Positions 30,222 through 43,821 of a DNA stretch of 64,000 bases are shown in pieces. The position numbers and the translations under genes are program-made. Source of the DNA: the human T2T-CHM13v2.0 reference genome, Homo sapiens; NCBI RefSeq assembly GCF_009914755.1, contig NC_060928.1. The stretch is one strand, 5' to 3'. Positions within the stretch are counted from its first letter, which is position 1, and every line of letters starts with the position of its first letter. A model generated the notes under the pieces. That model saw only the letters and a program-made list of their open reading frames with translations, made no database searches and had not been told where the DNA came from.

Positions 30222-32397
30222 TATTTTCAAGTCCTGCAGAATATATATCAAGATATACCATATCCTGGGTTATAAACCAAAACTCAGAAAATTGGAAAAA
30301 CTGGATATCATACAAATTGTGTTCAATCGATAAAATTATACTAGAAATCAGCAACAGTAAAATCTTTTTCCAAACACTTGGAAATAAAACAACACACTTT
30401 TAAATAATCCATAGGTAAAAGAGAAAGTGTCAAGTAAAGAAAATAAAAATACAACATATAAACATTTGTGGGGCACATTTAAAGCAGTATGAAGAAGGAA
30501 ATTTATAGCACTAAATGTATACACTAGAGAAGAAAGTCTTAATACTTTAGGCTCCCACCTCAAAAAACATACAAAAAGAAGAGCAAAATGTACCCATACC
30601 AAAATAAAGGAGGAATTCATAATGATAATAGCAAAACCCAATAAAATTGAAAACAAAAAATAGGAAAAGTTAATTAAAAAGCTTGGTTTCTGACATCAAT
30701 AAAATTAATAAATCTCAAATAAGACTGACAAAGAAAAAGAAAAAAATCCAAATTACAAATATCAGGAATAAAACAGGATATCACCACAAGCCCTGAATAC
30801 ATTAAAAGGATAATAAGGGAATGCTAGAGACCACTGTACACACAAAAATCTGACAACTTTGGTGAAATTATAAACTGATTCTTCAGAAAACAGAACTACC
30901 ACTACTCACCCAATATAAAAATGATAATTTGTATAACCCTATAACTGTTAATATTAAAGAAACTAAGTTTATAATTTAAAACTTCCCCAAAAAAGAAATA
31001 TTCAGGCTCAGATGGTTTCATTGAAGAATTCTCTTATACCAAATGTTTTAAGAATTAACAATTTTACATAAGCTGTCTTGGGATAAGTAGCTTTGTGATC
31101 TAAGAAAAGGAGAAGGTTACTAGATGATCCCTAAGGATTCTTCCTAAAGGTAGTCTATCTTGAAGGAAGAAAAACCCTCTGAAACCTATGTTAAATGCAT
31201 TACTAAATATATGTCAGTGGAGATGGTTGCAAACAAGCTATATTGGCCGAGGTTCTGGGCTTTATCCACAGTATGGAATAATGGAGGGGCAGAGAAAATT
31301 CTTATGTTAATCAAAATTGCTTCAAATTCTCACAAATTATGATGTTTTATTATAACAGCTTCTGTATTAAATACACTCTCATTATATGAATGTTTTACTA
31401 AAATTAAGCTGACGATATAAACACAATATAAATAAATAGAACTTGTGATTTTTCAATAACTTATCTTCCTGAATACATTCCTAACTCATCTTTTTTCAGA
31501 GTAAGGTGATTCCAAACTGGAATTTCCCAAAGGACATGCATAACGTGTGTTAAATGAGTTTTCTTATGTTTTCACCCAGCAATGGATAATCGTTTAAATT
31601 ACTTTGTCTATATCATCATGAGCCAATGTTTTTAAGAGCCTTGGTTCTTTCAGAACTTTAAGTTATTGACATAAAGTTATTGACATATTAATACCACATT
31701 TTTTTTTGCAATGATAGTCACACTTCTTATTACCCTCATGACTAAGACTGCTATTTTCTAATTGAGAATAACCTTGAAGGGTAGATCATCAGTTGTGTTT
31801 AATTTGCTTTTGTATATACAATTTTTGTATTCATCCTCAGAAGTACCCAGAATTGTTATTTAAATTTTAGCTTCCTGAGTACTGAGCAAATGGTGTCCAT
31901 TCTGGGGCATGTGTATCAAAGAATTTAATTACAATTTTTAAATTACAGTTTTTAATTCAGCTGATCACATTGGTTTAATATGTGAGAGATAAGCTTCAAA
32001 ATTTAAACTGTGATACCCTATAGTCTACAGACTATATGGTTTTTGGCAAAATGTATCCTTTATGTACTGGTGGGACTCTGTTTGGAGCAACGCGTAGCAT
32101 TTTATTAGTTTAAAGGCTCTGAAGGGGCATTGTGAATAACACTACTTCCTCATTTAACTTACTCAATATATTTCGATGAAGTACACCAGTGGGACAAAAT
32201 GTTGAAGAAACACAAACTTTTAAAGTTGCCAGTGATTTAATTTAACACAAGTTTCTTTGGTATTTGCATACACAGATTGTATTATTTATAATTAACTTCC
32301 CTAGTCATGTATTTTCAGCTTTCCAAATCCCTCAGTAAGTATCCTTCTGCCTTGTTGAAAAGTTCAGTTACATATGACAGCACCAATCTGGCATTTA

Positions 32398-32446
32398 AAT
32401 GTGACACTCATTTTAATGTGACACTCATTTTAATGTGACACTCATT
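32398..32446. repeat. 17-bp tandem repeat, about 2.9 copies
   Basis: (AATGTGACACTCATTTT)x2 plus AATGTGACACTCATT, with no mismatches. Confidence 0.97.
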
Positions 32447-33554
32447 CTTCAAATAATACACACAAAGTGACATACAAGAAGACCATCTACTTTGTGTCCC
32501 CTGTCACCTCTGCCTGTGGCTCCCATAGATTAGCGACTCGAGGGCTGAACTTGCCACTCTATCACAGTGAGAACACGTTCTTTTTTCCAATTAATTTTCA
32601 TGTAAAAAATGAGATAAATGATCTCTTTTTAAATGTTTTTTTTTATTGTTGCTGTTCCTAGAAGACAATTTACTGTTTGTTTTGATTATATTCAATGAAC
32701 CTGTATGGGATTGAAATTTGCTCCAAAAGCTACTTTGAAAACAAAAGAAAAAAAGGAGATTTCAATACCTCAACACAGAGTAGATTTTAGTGGATACTGT
32801 CTCAGTGTATTGCGACTCTCCATTCCATCATAAAGCTATTAATTTGCTCTGTTAAAAAAAACTGTTAAAACACAAAATATAGCCAGTTTCTCTTTCTCCT
32901 TAATTACATGCCTACACATAGTTCCAACGTCATGTCGAATCAAGCTGGAAATTTTCAGTTTCTTTTTTTTACTATATTGATGAGAACATATGGTCACTAT
33001 TTTTATCTCCTGTCTTATTTCAGTGCATTTCTGTTATTACTGCTCTTCATTTCAGCAACCACTGTAGATTCTAAGAGTCACCTATGTCAATACATTTTAT
33101 ATTTCCAAACATATTGTTCCCAAGTCGTTTGAGAAGATATGAAAATATGCTTCTTTAGCTTGTTCCATGATAAGATATCTTCCTGTTGTCAACTACTAAG
33201 ACAGAAATCCAGGCCAAATTGAAAATTTGTCTGACAAGAGGTAAATGTATTAACCACATTCTCTTAAAACTTGTTTGATGCAGAGGAATGATTTTGAAGT
33301 ACTCCAACTATTTCAATGACTATTAGTAAATATTAGAAAAGAAAATGTGAGTAATTCAAGTAATCTGGCTGAAACTTTGTTCCAAACTGGAATTTGAGCA
33401 AATTACAGTCTCAAAGGATAAGTAGTGTTAATTTTTCATGTTTACCCTGGAAGTTCCCAATTAAATAAATAGACCATTACAATAAAGACAATAGAAGAGT
33501 CTTAATTAAACATAAAGGACAATTGACCCTTATAGGTTACATATGACAATATTT

Positions 33555-33663
33555 TAGTAATCAATGTCCCAGTTTGTCTGGGACTTTTCCAATTTTAGCA
33601 GTGATAGTCACAATTCTGAGAAACTACTCAGACCTAAGCAGATTGGAATGCTTGGTAGTTCTG
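33555..33663. mobile_element. MER81-like (hAT-Blackjack)
   Basis: tgtcccagtttgtctgggact..ttttagca..ctcag..ttggt. Confidence 0.6.
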
Positions 33664-33828
33664 TAATGAGGTCATTAAATTTAATTAAAGCTATCTAGTC
33701 TATTATATTTGAAAAGATGCAATTATGTTTTAAGATAAGTAAGAATATTAAATGCATATTAATTTAAAAATATTGACTGCACAGTCAATCAAGTTTACTT
33801 CAAATCATCTCTTTTAAGAAGTAATTTT

Positions 33829-34145
<317 letters not shown>

Positions 34146-34949
34146 TTAATGAAAAACTTTGCTTTGGGTATTAAACAAATAAATCTGAAGTTGTAACTAA
34201 AATAGATTTGAAAACACTTATGTAGTAAAATAACAAACATTAATTGATTCGACTGTGTTCTAAACCCTTTGTTAGGCTCTAAAATAGTAAAGTAAATAAA
34301 AATGTAATTCTTTTTCTCTAGGAGATTATAGCTCCAAGTTTCTATGGAAACAATTTTCAATGTTAATATTCAGAGTACATAATTAATTTTATACTTACTT
34401 ATGTGTACATAATGTCCATAACTAGTTATAATCAGCAAAGATTGATGGTTTTCTTTTTGTTAGAAATATAGTGAAACTATATATTTTCATCGTCTACATT
34501 TTAGACAAAATAAGCTTATTCTTTTGGAAGCAAGAGTTATTTGGGCCAATTGAATATCATCGTACCAATTAAATACCAATTTTCAGAAAGTAATACATAA
34601 TTGTATGCTTGTGTGCCTGAATCAGAAACATCCCCTTAAAGTAAAAAAGTAAAAAAAATACAAGGAATATGCAAATAATCTGAGAAATAGCCTAAGGAAT
34701 TAGCAGGTGCACCTGTAAGATGGTTATTTTCCTAGTCTTTTTATAAGATATTTGATATTTGGATGGCACTTTGTCTTGCAATAATGCTAAAAACCTTTGT
34801 TTGATTTCTAGATCAACCAAAGAAACCAATTTCACACATAACACAGACAAAAATTATACATTGGCAGTCAAGAGAACATATTTTGTAATTCTAGTGGTAA
34901 AGAAGGACGCATTAATGAAAACGTGTTTAGGGTTTCTCTACTTGCAATC

Positions 34950-35530
34950 AGTGTGATATTTTGACAATGTAGATTTGATCATGTCACTTCTCTACACATA
35001 CACGTCACACATATACATACTCTCACACATGTTCACAGTTGAAACTCATTATTGGATTCTCATTGCTTTAAAGATTAAGACCAAAATCTTCCCCATATCC
35101 TAAATGCTCCTGAATAGTGTGCCATGAGCTTTATCCCATGAGATTCTCGATAGCATCTTCTAACTTCAGCCACATTGGCTTTCTTCCTCCATGTTACACA
35201 TTCTTTTCACTCTTTCTAGAAAGTTCAGAGCCCTCTCTTTCCTGGATTATAGTTAGTTATCCCTCAGGTCTCAATTTAAGCTTTGCTTACCTGAGCCCCA
35301 AATGCAGGTCAGATTTATTTGCTTATATTGTTTCCTAGAACCCTGCTTCATGACATTATAGCATGTGCCTCAGATTGTTTTTGTGCATTCATTAGTAAGA
35401 GTATTTGATTAATATCTCTTTTCTGCACTGGTCAGTATGCTCCATGAGGTCAGGGGCCATGTCTAGTTTTGTTCACCACTGTATACCCCTAGCCTAGCAC
35501 AGTGCCTTCATTATTTGATAAATAAATATT
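34950..35530 (+). mobile_element. L2 3' region
   Basis: gatcatgtcacttc..ctccatgaggtcagggg..ttgttcaccactgtatacccctagcctagcacagtgcct. Confidence 0.75.
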
Positions 35531-36138
35531 TAAATTAAAGATTTGTTTTATATACTGGCATTTGAGACAAAGTGTATTAATTATTAAAGGATGGCAAAGA
35601 AGATGAAAATAACTTTAAAAAGAACAACAGGAGAGTGTTAGGGTTTTAAAAGTTAATATAATTTGCTTCTTGTTACATATGATTTTGCTTCAAAACTCAT
35701 GACTTTCCTTTTTATTGCTACAGGTAGGTACCCACCACCCCACTAAAATTTGTGAGTCATAATTGAGATGATTATTTTTCTCAAAAATGTCTAACGAGAG
35801 GGAGGTGAGAAACATTTTCAAGTAATTGGATAATAATCAGAAGTGGGAGGAGTCGATTTAGCAGGATGTGTATTTGTATCTCATAAGAATTTGGGTAAAG
35901 CAATATTTGCTAATCTGAGAGTGGTTGGAGATCAAAGAAAGTTGCATGGAGGTGGAGGTGAGAAGAGTGACATAAAGTCAGGTGATTCCCTGAGTCAGTT
36001 AACACACAACTTCATAATACTCCCCTGAGCTGGAAGGAGCAAATTGTGAGTTAGGATGGGAAGCAGTGAATAGGTTGCCCCTCATTTGTACAGATCTTAG
36101 GGAAATCAACTAGGATTAAAGGTTGTTTTGATAATCAG

Positions 36139-36183
36139 GTGTGTGTGTGTGTGTGTGTATGTCTATATATATACATGTATATA
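36139..36183. repeat. (TG)n(TA)n microsatellite
   Basis: gtgtgtgtgtgtgtgtgtgtatgtctatatatatac. Confidence 0.9.
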
Positions 36184-37410
36184 ATAAATCTGCATGTTTT
36201 ATAAGTTGATTAAATTAACAATGATTGACCAAATGAATTGCTATGTGTTTTTTCATAAAAACATGACACCATGTTTCATGGAAATCCTTAGCACATAAAC
36301 TGCACTAACACTAAATTTAAAAATTAATACATTTCTGTATTAAAATTGATTAAGTAACTTAGAATTCAGTATGCCTACTTGAACTCCACATAGTGTAGTT
36401 TGACTTAATACACAAATAAATGAATAAAATAGAAAGATACTTAAGTGACGGCCCTGTTCCCCAAGATAAATGGATGTCGATGATACTTGTAATGATCATC
36501 ACAGATGGAAATTAATAGCTTCCCATAGAATATCATTTCAGCGTTAAATTGTGGTGTAATCAAAAATTATTTTGGGCTTATCTAAACTCTCTTGGGGGCA
36601 TTTTAAGCTCCTATAACTTTATTGGTCATTGGTAAGGATGAAATATAATTGTTATGTGCTCTGATTATGGTTAATTCTATGTATATTTGGAAGAGGCTTT
36701 TGCAATCTTTGGTTTCATATTTTACAGTCCAGGTAAGCTTATGTGTCCAATTTATATTCATGAAATAGCTTCCCTTCTCTTGAATACTTTTGTCACCTTT
36801 TTTACAACTCCATTAAGTGTCCACAGAGCCCTTTTAAAATGTGTGAAAGAGACATAATGCTCATCAGCTTAGACTGGCCTTAAGATTATAATAATTAAAG
36901 CTAGGTAATGAGTATGTGCTTCCTCATTTTACTACTTTTATTTTTGTATATGTATGAAATTTTCCATGGTAAATGTTTGAAAATTTATCAGCGGAGCCTA
37001 TTAGGTAAAGGCCAAGCGTGAATGCATGTACATGTGTGAGGTGGTCGTGGGAGCGGGTGAGTAGCTGGTTCTTCAGGTTTTGGATTCAGAGTTAGTGACT
37101 GCTTCTTGGAACTCCCATAACTCTGTGCTTCATTGATTCTGGATGGTGTTAGTGAAAGTGAATTTTGCCCAACTAAGTTTTGCTCCAGAAGAACGTGTTG
37201 CTTAAAATCTCCTGGTCTCATTATTTTTTATCTGTAACTATTTATTTGATTCCAGTAAGTACCTGAAGAGGGCAGCTTATCACCTAACAATTTTTCTAGG
37301 CATTTGCTAGTCATATGCCTAGTAATACTACCTGCATACACTATGTCATCCACCAGGGCACAACATTAGTCAACCCTCTTTTGCACACTCTTTCTCTAGC
37401 CAAGATTGTA

Positions 37411-37972
37411 CAGACATGCTCCACATGATATTTTGATCAACAATGGGTCACTTAGATGCCAATGGTTCCATAAGATTATAAGGAAACTGACAAATTCCTA
37501 TTGCTTAGTGACACTAGCCATTGTAATGTTGTCGCTGAATTACTTTTTTAAAAAATAAATGTAGTATAGTTTTAGTGTACAGTATTTGTAAAGTCTATAG
37601 TAGTGTACAGTAATGTCCTAGGCCTGCACGTTCATTTATCCCTCACTCACAGGCTCACCCAGAGCAACTTCCAGTCCTGCAAGCTCCATTCATGGTAAGT
37701 GTACTATATAGGTATATCATTTAAAAAATCTTTTATAGCATATTTTTATTGTTTCTGTTCTGTTTAGATATGTTTAGATACACAAATACTTGCTATTGTA
37801 TTACAGTTGTCTACATTAGGAGTAATAGGTTGTACTGTATAGCCTAGGCATGTAGCATGGTGTACTATCTAGGCTTGTGTTATGTACACTCTATGATGTT
37901 TGCACAGTGGCAAAATCACCTAACAAAGCATTTCCCAGAGCATGTCCTCATCATAATATGATGCATAAACTG
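37411..37972. mobile_element. Tigger3-family non-autonomous element
   Basis: TA|CAG..CTG|TA termini, CCATAAGATTATA, CAGAGCAACTTCCAGTCCTGCAAGCTCCATTCATGGTAAGT. Confidence 0.85.
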
Positions 37973-38032
37973 TAGTTTAATGGAGAAAACATTCACTAGG
38001 AGTCAGGAAAGCTGGGTTTTTAAGATTTTGTT

Positions 38033-38352
38033 GGCCAGGCACTGTGGCTCACACCTGTAATCCCAACACTTTGGGAGGCCGAGGCAGGTGGATCACGAGG
38101 TCAGGAGCTCAAGACCAGCCTGACCAAGATGGTGAAGCCCCGTCTCTATTAAAAATACAAACAAAATTAGCCGGGCATAGGTGGCGGACACCTGTAATCT
38201 TCAGGAGGCTGAGGCAGAGAATTGCTCAAACCCAGGAGGCGGAGGTTGCAGTGAGTCGAGATCACGCCACTGTACTCCAACCTGGGAGACAGAGTGAGAC
38301 TCTATCTCAAAAATATATATATATAAATAAATAAAAATAAATAAAAAAAATA
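38033..38352 (+). mobile_element. Alu (AluSg-like)
   Basis: GGATCACGAGGTCAGGAGCTCAAGACCAGCCTGACCAAGATGGTG with a TA/A-rich tail. Confidence 0.93.
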
Positions 38353-39699
38353 AAATTATTTGTTAGCCCCAGATGATTGAGAAAAATTCACATACCCATG
38401 TTTCTTGGCTCACTAAAAATTCATGAGGCCTAAACTCATATCTACAGGTCACACCTCTTGTTTATTTCTTATTAACCCTTTCCCATCCCTAGACGTTCTC
38501 ACGCTTCAGACCTCCTTTTATTTGGGCTGTCACCAATACAGACATTCTTCTTTAATGAGAACACCAGGTCCTGGATTGCAAATTCTTTCAATTGTCATTG
38601 TCTTCCTCTTTATGAATCAATGTCTTCAGTGTGTCTGCATCATTCTCCTTTCCCTTTTTCCCCACTTATTTGTGACTTTGCTCACATTTTCTCTGCCTGA
38701 ATTTCTCTACCACAATTTGGTTACTTGGCAGAATCCTGGTTTTTACTTTAGTCACAAGCAGAGGTCAGTGGTTACAAAACATTTTCATCTGTTCCTGCGG
38801 ATGGAATCAATGACTCGGCCATCTCTGTTCCCACAGCACTAGCTTCAGAGCTCTATCGGAGTGGAGTTTTGTAAAGTGATTGTCTTCATTTGCTTCATTG
38901 ATTAGGCTGCTCCTCCTGCTAAATGATGGGTTCCTTGAGGGAAGCACATCTTTTCTAATTTGTATCCCTAATTCCAGTGCACAGAACGTGGGCCATTGTA
39001 ATAGGCACTTAGTAAATTTTAACCAGAATTGAAATATTTTTCACCTCTGCCTGAGGAAAAACTAAAAACATAGTGCCTCTTATCCAAAATAATAATAATA
39101 ATAATCTATGTTCTTGATTCCATTTCTTTCCACATTTTAAAACACATTGCTTTCCTAGATTATCCTCTATTTTGTTTGCATTTTCTCTTTTCCACTGGCT
39201 TTTGTTTTCTTGTTCAAGAAATCCTCACATCCTGCCATTCAGGGGCTTCTCACTTCCCAAACCTGAAACCTCTGGTCCCAGTTGTGCGTTGGCTCACTGA
39301 TGTTTTTTCTCTCCCTTCTGCCATTCTCCATAGGTTCTCATAATGCTTCCTGACAAATGCCTGAGTGCTGGGCCAGCAGAGGCATGTCTGGGAAGAGGAA
39401 AGGAGGGGGAAACAGGCAATTTCCACCATTCACTCCTCCAAACACCTCCCAGATTTCTGAGATTCTCTTTCTCCATTTTTTCAAGCACGGTGTTTTTGTC
39501 TTTTTCTGAATGCTCTTCTTCTTATTATAAAAAGAGTTTTTTTCAGAAAATAAAAAAATCCCAAACACTTTGTCTTCAGCTGTCCTCTCTCTTTAATTTT
39601 TTTACACCAAAAAAAGTTTTGCTGATATTACCTGCTCTGAAGATGTTTTTGAGTCCATTTGGATCATTCCAAAATCTAGCTTTCTAACCACTGTCTATT

Positions 39700-40660
39700 T
39701 TGTATGTCCTCTATCTGCTTTTCCAACCTCTTATTATATAAATGGATCTCCACTTGAATGAATAAACTACATTGTCAATACATCAGACTTAAGGCCAAGA
39801 ATTAAACAAGTCATCTTTTCTCCCCAAACTGTTTTTTTCCTGCTATTGGTGTTATCTACTTCTGTTAAAGACTCTACCTTTTCTTTTGACTCTTTCTACT
39901 CTCTTAATCCTAAATTCAGTATGTTGCTAAATGTAATCAACTCTACTGTGTCTTTATCTTTTGTTTCTAGCCTCTTCTTTCCATGGTGGTTGTCAAATGC
40001 TAAAGTATGCCCTATGTTACCGCAAAATAAAATCATCTACCCAGTTCTAGTTTCTCCGTGATACAAAACATTCCTCATAGCTTTTAAAGATCATTCTTCC
40101 CAAACCACATTTTATAGAAAGCAATTCTCCTGAGAAAGAGCCAGCAGTGTCCCCTCAACTTGCTGAATTAAGTTTAAACTCCTCTAGCTGGTGTTCATGG
40201 CCAGCCACAGGACAATCTGAGTCTCTTTACAGATTCTTATCGAGTTTTTGCCATTTCTGTACTCAATGCACTAATCTCATTGGAAAGCTCTATAGACCCT
40301 GAAATTGCCCTAAAAGTTCTCCTCCTATCTTTGCTGCTTTTAATTCTTCTACCTGGAAAGATAACCATTTCTTTCAGCCCAGCATAGGGAAAGCCAATCC
40401 AGTATTCAAAGCTCATCTACAAGCTTATTTTTTTTTTGAAAATCCTTTGCTATTTTGCATCTAAGCAGAAGCGATCTCTTTTCTGATCCATCAAAACATC
40501 TTGTTTGCTCCTTTTTTTGTGACAATCTATGTCATGTTTTCTATTGTTTACTGATACTTGTGTTTCATCCTCTCCTATTATTATAAACTACTTAGAAGCA
40601 GAACTTATGCCTTACTTATGTTTTATTTCTTGCACATAGTAAATGTTCAGTGAACATCAT
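39700..40660 (+). mobile_element. Diverged L2 fragments
   Basis: tctactctcttaatcc..gtttaaactcct..tattcaaagctca..aaactacttagaagcag..atagtaaatgttcagt. Confidence 0.55.
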
Positions 40661-41044
40661 TGGATTGACGTAAAGTAGCTGTAGGACAAGGGCTTAACCT
40701 CTGAGATGCACTTTCCTCATCTGTAAAACCAGGAGGTCTCACTCTAAAGTCTCTTTTAGCTGTTTAATCACTCCAAGGGTTTTTTGGAATTCTGGACTGT
40801 AGGTTAGAAGGGAGAATTTTCACAGACATTATAAACTTTTTAACGAATTTCTCCTCCTGAAGTTATTACTTTAAGAGCGGTTGAAAATGGAGAGGGCTAG
40901 TGCTTAATGACATGACACTTGATCGACACTTCTTACCCAGTTTTTGGGTATGAAGACTTCTGGAACATTCTTGGAATAATAAGATTATAAAGTCCTAGAG
41001 CTATTGGAGCTGAACTTTGTATCTGTTTTTTAATTGCTGAAATG

Positions 41045-41260
41045 GTTAATAACAATATAGCAATATTTATTGAGTATTTACTACATTGCCAGACAGTGTG
41101 TGGTAAATTATTCACAATTATCTTATTATTTCTTACAACAAAGCGTACAGTAGGTACTATTATCCTCGTTTCATAAAGAAATTTCAGAAGAGAGTTTAGT
41201 ATTTTATAAGCATCTAGTAAATTCTGTGACTACGTTCCTTATATGTAGTTTGATCTTATT
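41045..41260 (-). mobile_element. MIR
   Basis: atttattgagtatttactacattgccagacagtgtg..cttacaac..gtaggtactattatcc. Confidence 0.75.
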
Positions 41261-41779
41261 CTCATAAAGCTTGCTGAACATTGTTTTTATTGCTTGCCTT
41301 TTCCTTACTGTTTTTTAACTTTTACTAATTTTAAAATTTTTACTTATATTTCATATGAAAAAATAATGCAAATTTATTTACTTTGAAAGCCTGTAAATTT
41401 TGACAAGTGAAAATTTGGACCTTAATTAACCTGAAGTCATATATTGCTCTACAAAAGCATTCAAATGTCAATATGTGATCCGTGGCCCACTGGTAGGTCT
41501 TGGTGAGGTGGAAAATATCTCGAACTGACTGGAACTTATCAAGTCTTTCAGCTTCTGTCAAACAATGGCAGGAGGCCACTGATGCTTTTGCACCAACCAC
41601 TTCTAGGCAAATTTCAGTTATCTATCCATCTGGCAAACTCATTGAACTTCTCCTAGGATGGGAACAAAATAACATTTTCCTAAGTGTCCAAGTCATGCTG
41701 TTGCTAATGGCATGTAGGTGACTAAAACTAGGGAGATAGCTCTCAGAGTTGTGTTCTTCAGATCAAAAGCAAGCACATA

Positions 41780-42660
41780 TCATATTCTATATTTAATACC
41801 TATTGTATGCCAAACTTTAATCTAGGTACTAGGGATACAATAATGAAGAAAACTCTGCTTTCAGAGAGCATATTATTTTTCCTTTCTTTCTTCTTTTTGG
41901 GACAGAGCCTCACTCTATTGCCAGGTTGGAGAGCAGTGGTGATCTTGGCTCACTGCAGCCTTGACCTCCAGGGTTCAAGCAATCCTCCCACCTCAGCCTC
42001 CCTAGTACCTGGGACTACAGGCATGCACCACCACACCTGGCTATTTTTGTATTTTTTGTAGAGATGAGGTTTCACCATGTTGCCCTAGGTTAAAACTTCT
42101 CAGATGAAGTAATCCACCTACCTCAGCCTCCCAAATTGCTGAGATTACAAGTGTGGGCCACCATGCCTGGCTGTATCCTCTTATCAGGAAGAGGCAAACA
42201 ACAGCCAAGTCAAGATTAATTTCAGATAGTGATAATGCTCTAAAGAGAATAGAAGAGCTTGATATCATCAGGGAAGATGCTCAGCAATTATGTAACAGGA
42301 CAGCCATACCTGTTTGTATAGCCTGTGTCCCTTCTGATTGATGCTTCTGCTTTACAGATTATTAAACGGTTTTTAATACCCCTTCTGCATGTGACAGTGA
42401 GTGACCAGGGGTGTGGTCATATCGATTGAGAAGACAGATCTCACTGAGGAGAGACTTTTAATTGACATCTGGCTAACAAGAAGGAAGTGACTGAGGGAAA
42501 CAGGACAGCTGCCTCTATTCATGTGAAGATAGTGGGACAAGTTCATGAAAGGTCTCTTTGGAAAGCAAAAGCTAGGCCTTTCTGGGCAAGAGAAAGAAGA
42601 TCCGACTGGAACATCTTGTGTAGAAGACAGTGGAAGGAGCTAAAATCAGGTAAGTATTAA
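41780..42660 (-). mobile_element. L2 fragment interrupted by an Alu
   Basis: cctattgtatgcca..ctaggtactagggataca..atttcagatagtgataatgct..ctcactgaggag. Confidence 0.6.
41876..42172 (-). mobile_element. Alu (AluJ-like)
   Basis: CTCACTGCAGCCTTGACCTCC..AATCCTCCCACCTCAGCCTCC. Confidence 0.92.
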
Positions 42661-43221
42661 AAGTGTACATTATGGAAGAACAATTACCTGTGCTTGTGGT
42701 CAATATTTTGCTGAAGTAGTAAGGAATGTTCTGATGTGAATCTATTGTTAATGTATCAGCAGTCGGCATATGGGGAAGTATGCAAAAATGTTTTAAAAAA
42801 CATTGTTCTAGTCCTCTTATGAATAAGTTGGTGTTTTTTTTTTTAAATCTATGATTGGACAAAGATGTTTGGGATCAATAACAAGTAGCAATCATTCTAT
42901 TTGTCACAAGTAGCATTTTGATGTGCAAATAAAAAGGATGCATGTAAATATCACACAAATACTGTTTTCATAAGTCAATAGTTGGCAATATGCCCAATCT
43001 TGATTTAATGTTCAATAAATAGAAAACATTGTGAATGTGGGTATTCATGACGATTAAATATCTGACTTTTCAGATTGCTATGCAAAGATATGTTAGAATT
43101 GAAGATAAGACTCAATTTTTTCCCTCAGAACTACAGTAGTTGTCAAGGGGAAATTACTTCTGGGAGCTTTACAAATGAGGGCTAAGATTGTTTTTTAATT
43201 AAAGATTCACAGCACCAATAA

Positions 43222-43360
43222 AAGATTAAGGTCTATTGGTCTCATTTCAGGCACTTTTGCTCTGTAACATATCTCAGAAATACTTTCAATAAGATTAAGG
43301 TTTATTGCTCTGATTTTGGTCACTTTTGCTTTAAGACACATCTTAGAGATACATTTAATA
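43222..43360. repeat. Diverged 69-bp tandem duplication
   Basis: AAGATTAAGGT..CACTTTTGCT..ATCT..ATAC at both 43222 and 43291. Confidence 0.85.
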
Positions 43361-43366
43361 ACTTGA

Positions 43367-43821
43367 TGTGATGGTTAATACTGAGTGTAAACTTGATTGA
43401 CTTGAAGGATGCAAAATATTGATCCTGGGTGTGTCTGCGAGGGTGTTGCCAAAGGAGATTAACATTTGAGTGAGTGGACTGGGAATGGCAGACCCACCCT
43501 TAATCTGGGTGGGCACCATCTAATCAGCTACCAATGCAGCTAGAATATAAAGCAGGCAGAAAAATGTGAAAAGATTAGACTGGCCTAGCCTCCCAGCTTA
43601 CATCTTTCTCCCATGCTGGATGTTTCCTGCCCTTGAACATCAGACTCTTAAGTTCTTCAGTTTTGGGACTCAGACTGGCTTTCCTTGCTTCTCAGCTTGC
43701 AGAGAGCCTGTTGTGAGACCTTGTGATCATGTGAGTTAATACTTAATAAATTTCCCTTTATATTCTTATACCTATCCCTATCCTATTATTTCTGTCCCTC
43801 TAGAGAAACCTGACTAATATA
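43367..43821 (+). mobile_element. MLT2A (MLT2A1-like) HERV-L solo LTR
   Basis: TGTGATGGTTAATACTGAGTGT..GCAGACCCACCCTTAATCTGGGTGGGCACC..TCTGTCCCTCTAGAGAA, 455 bp. Perfect TSD CTTGA (43362-66, 43822-26). Confidence 0.92.

Noticed and set aside
32398-32446. CRISPR-like array
   Set aside because: The repeats are head to tail with no spacers, and the DNA is primate.
38423-38842. 139-aa hydrophobic ORF (likewise 39343-39687, 47308-47733, 57528-57854)
   Set aside because: No recognisable homology. Composition is explained by T-rich DNA or repeat fragments, and the lengths are compatible with chance.
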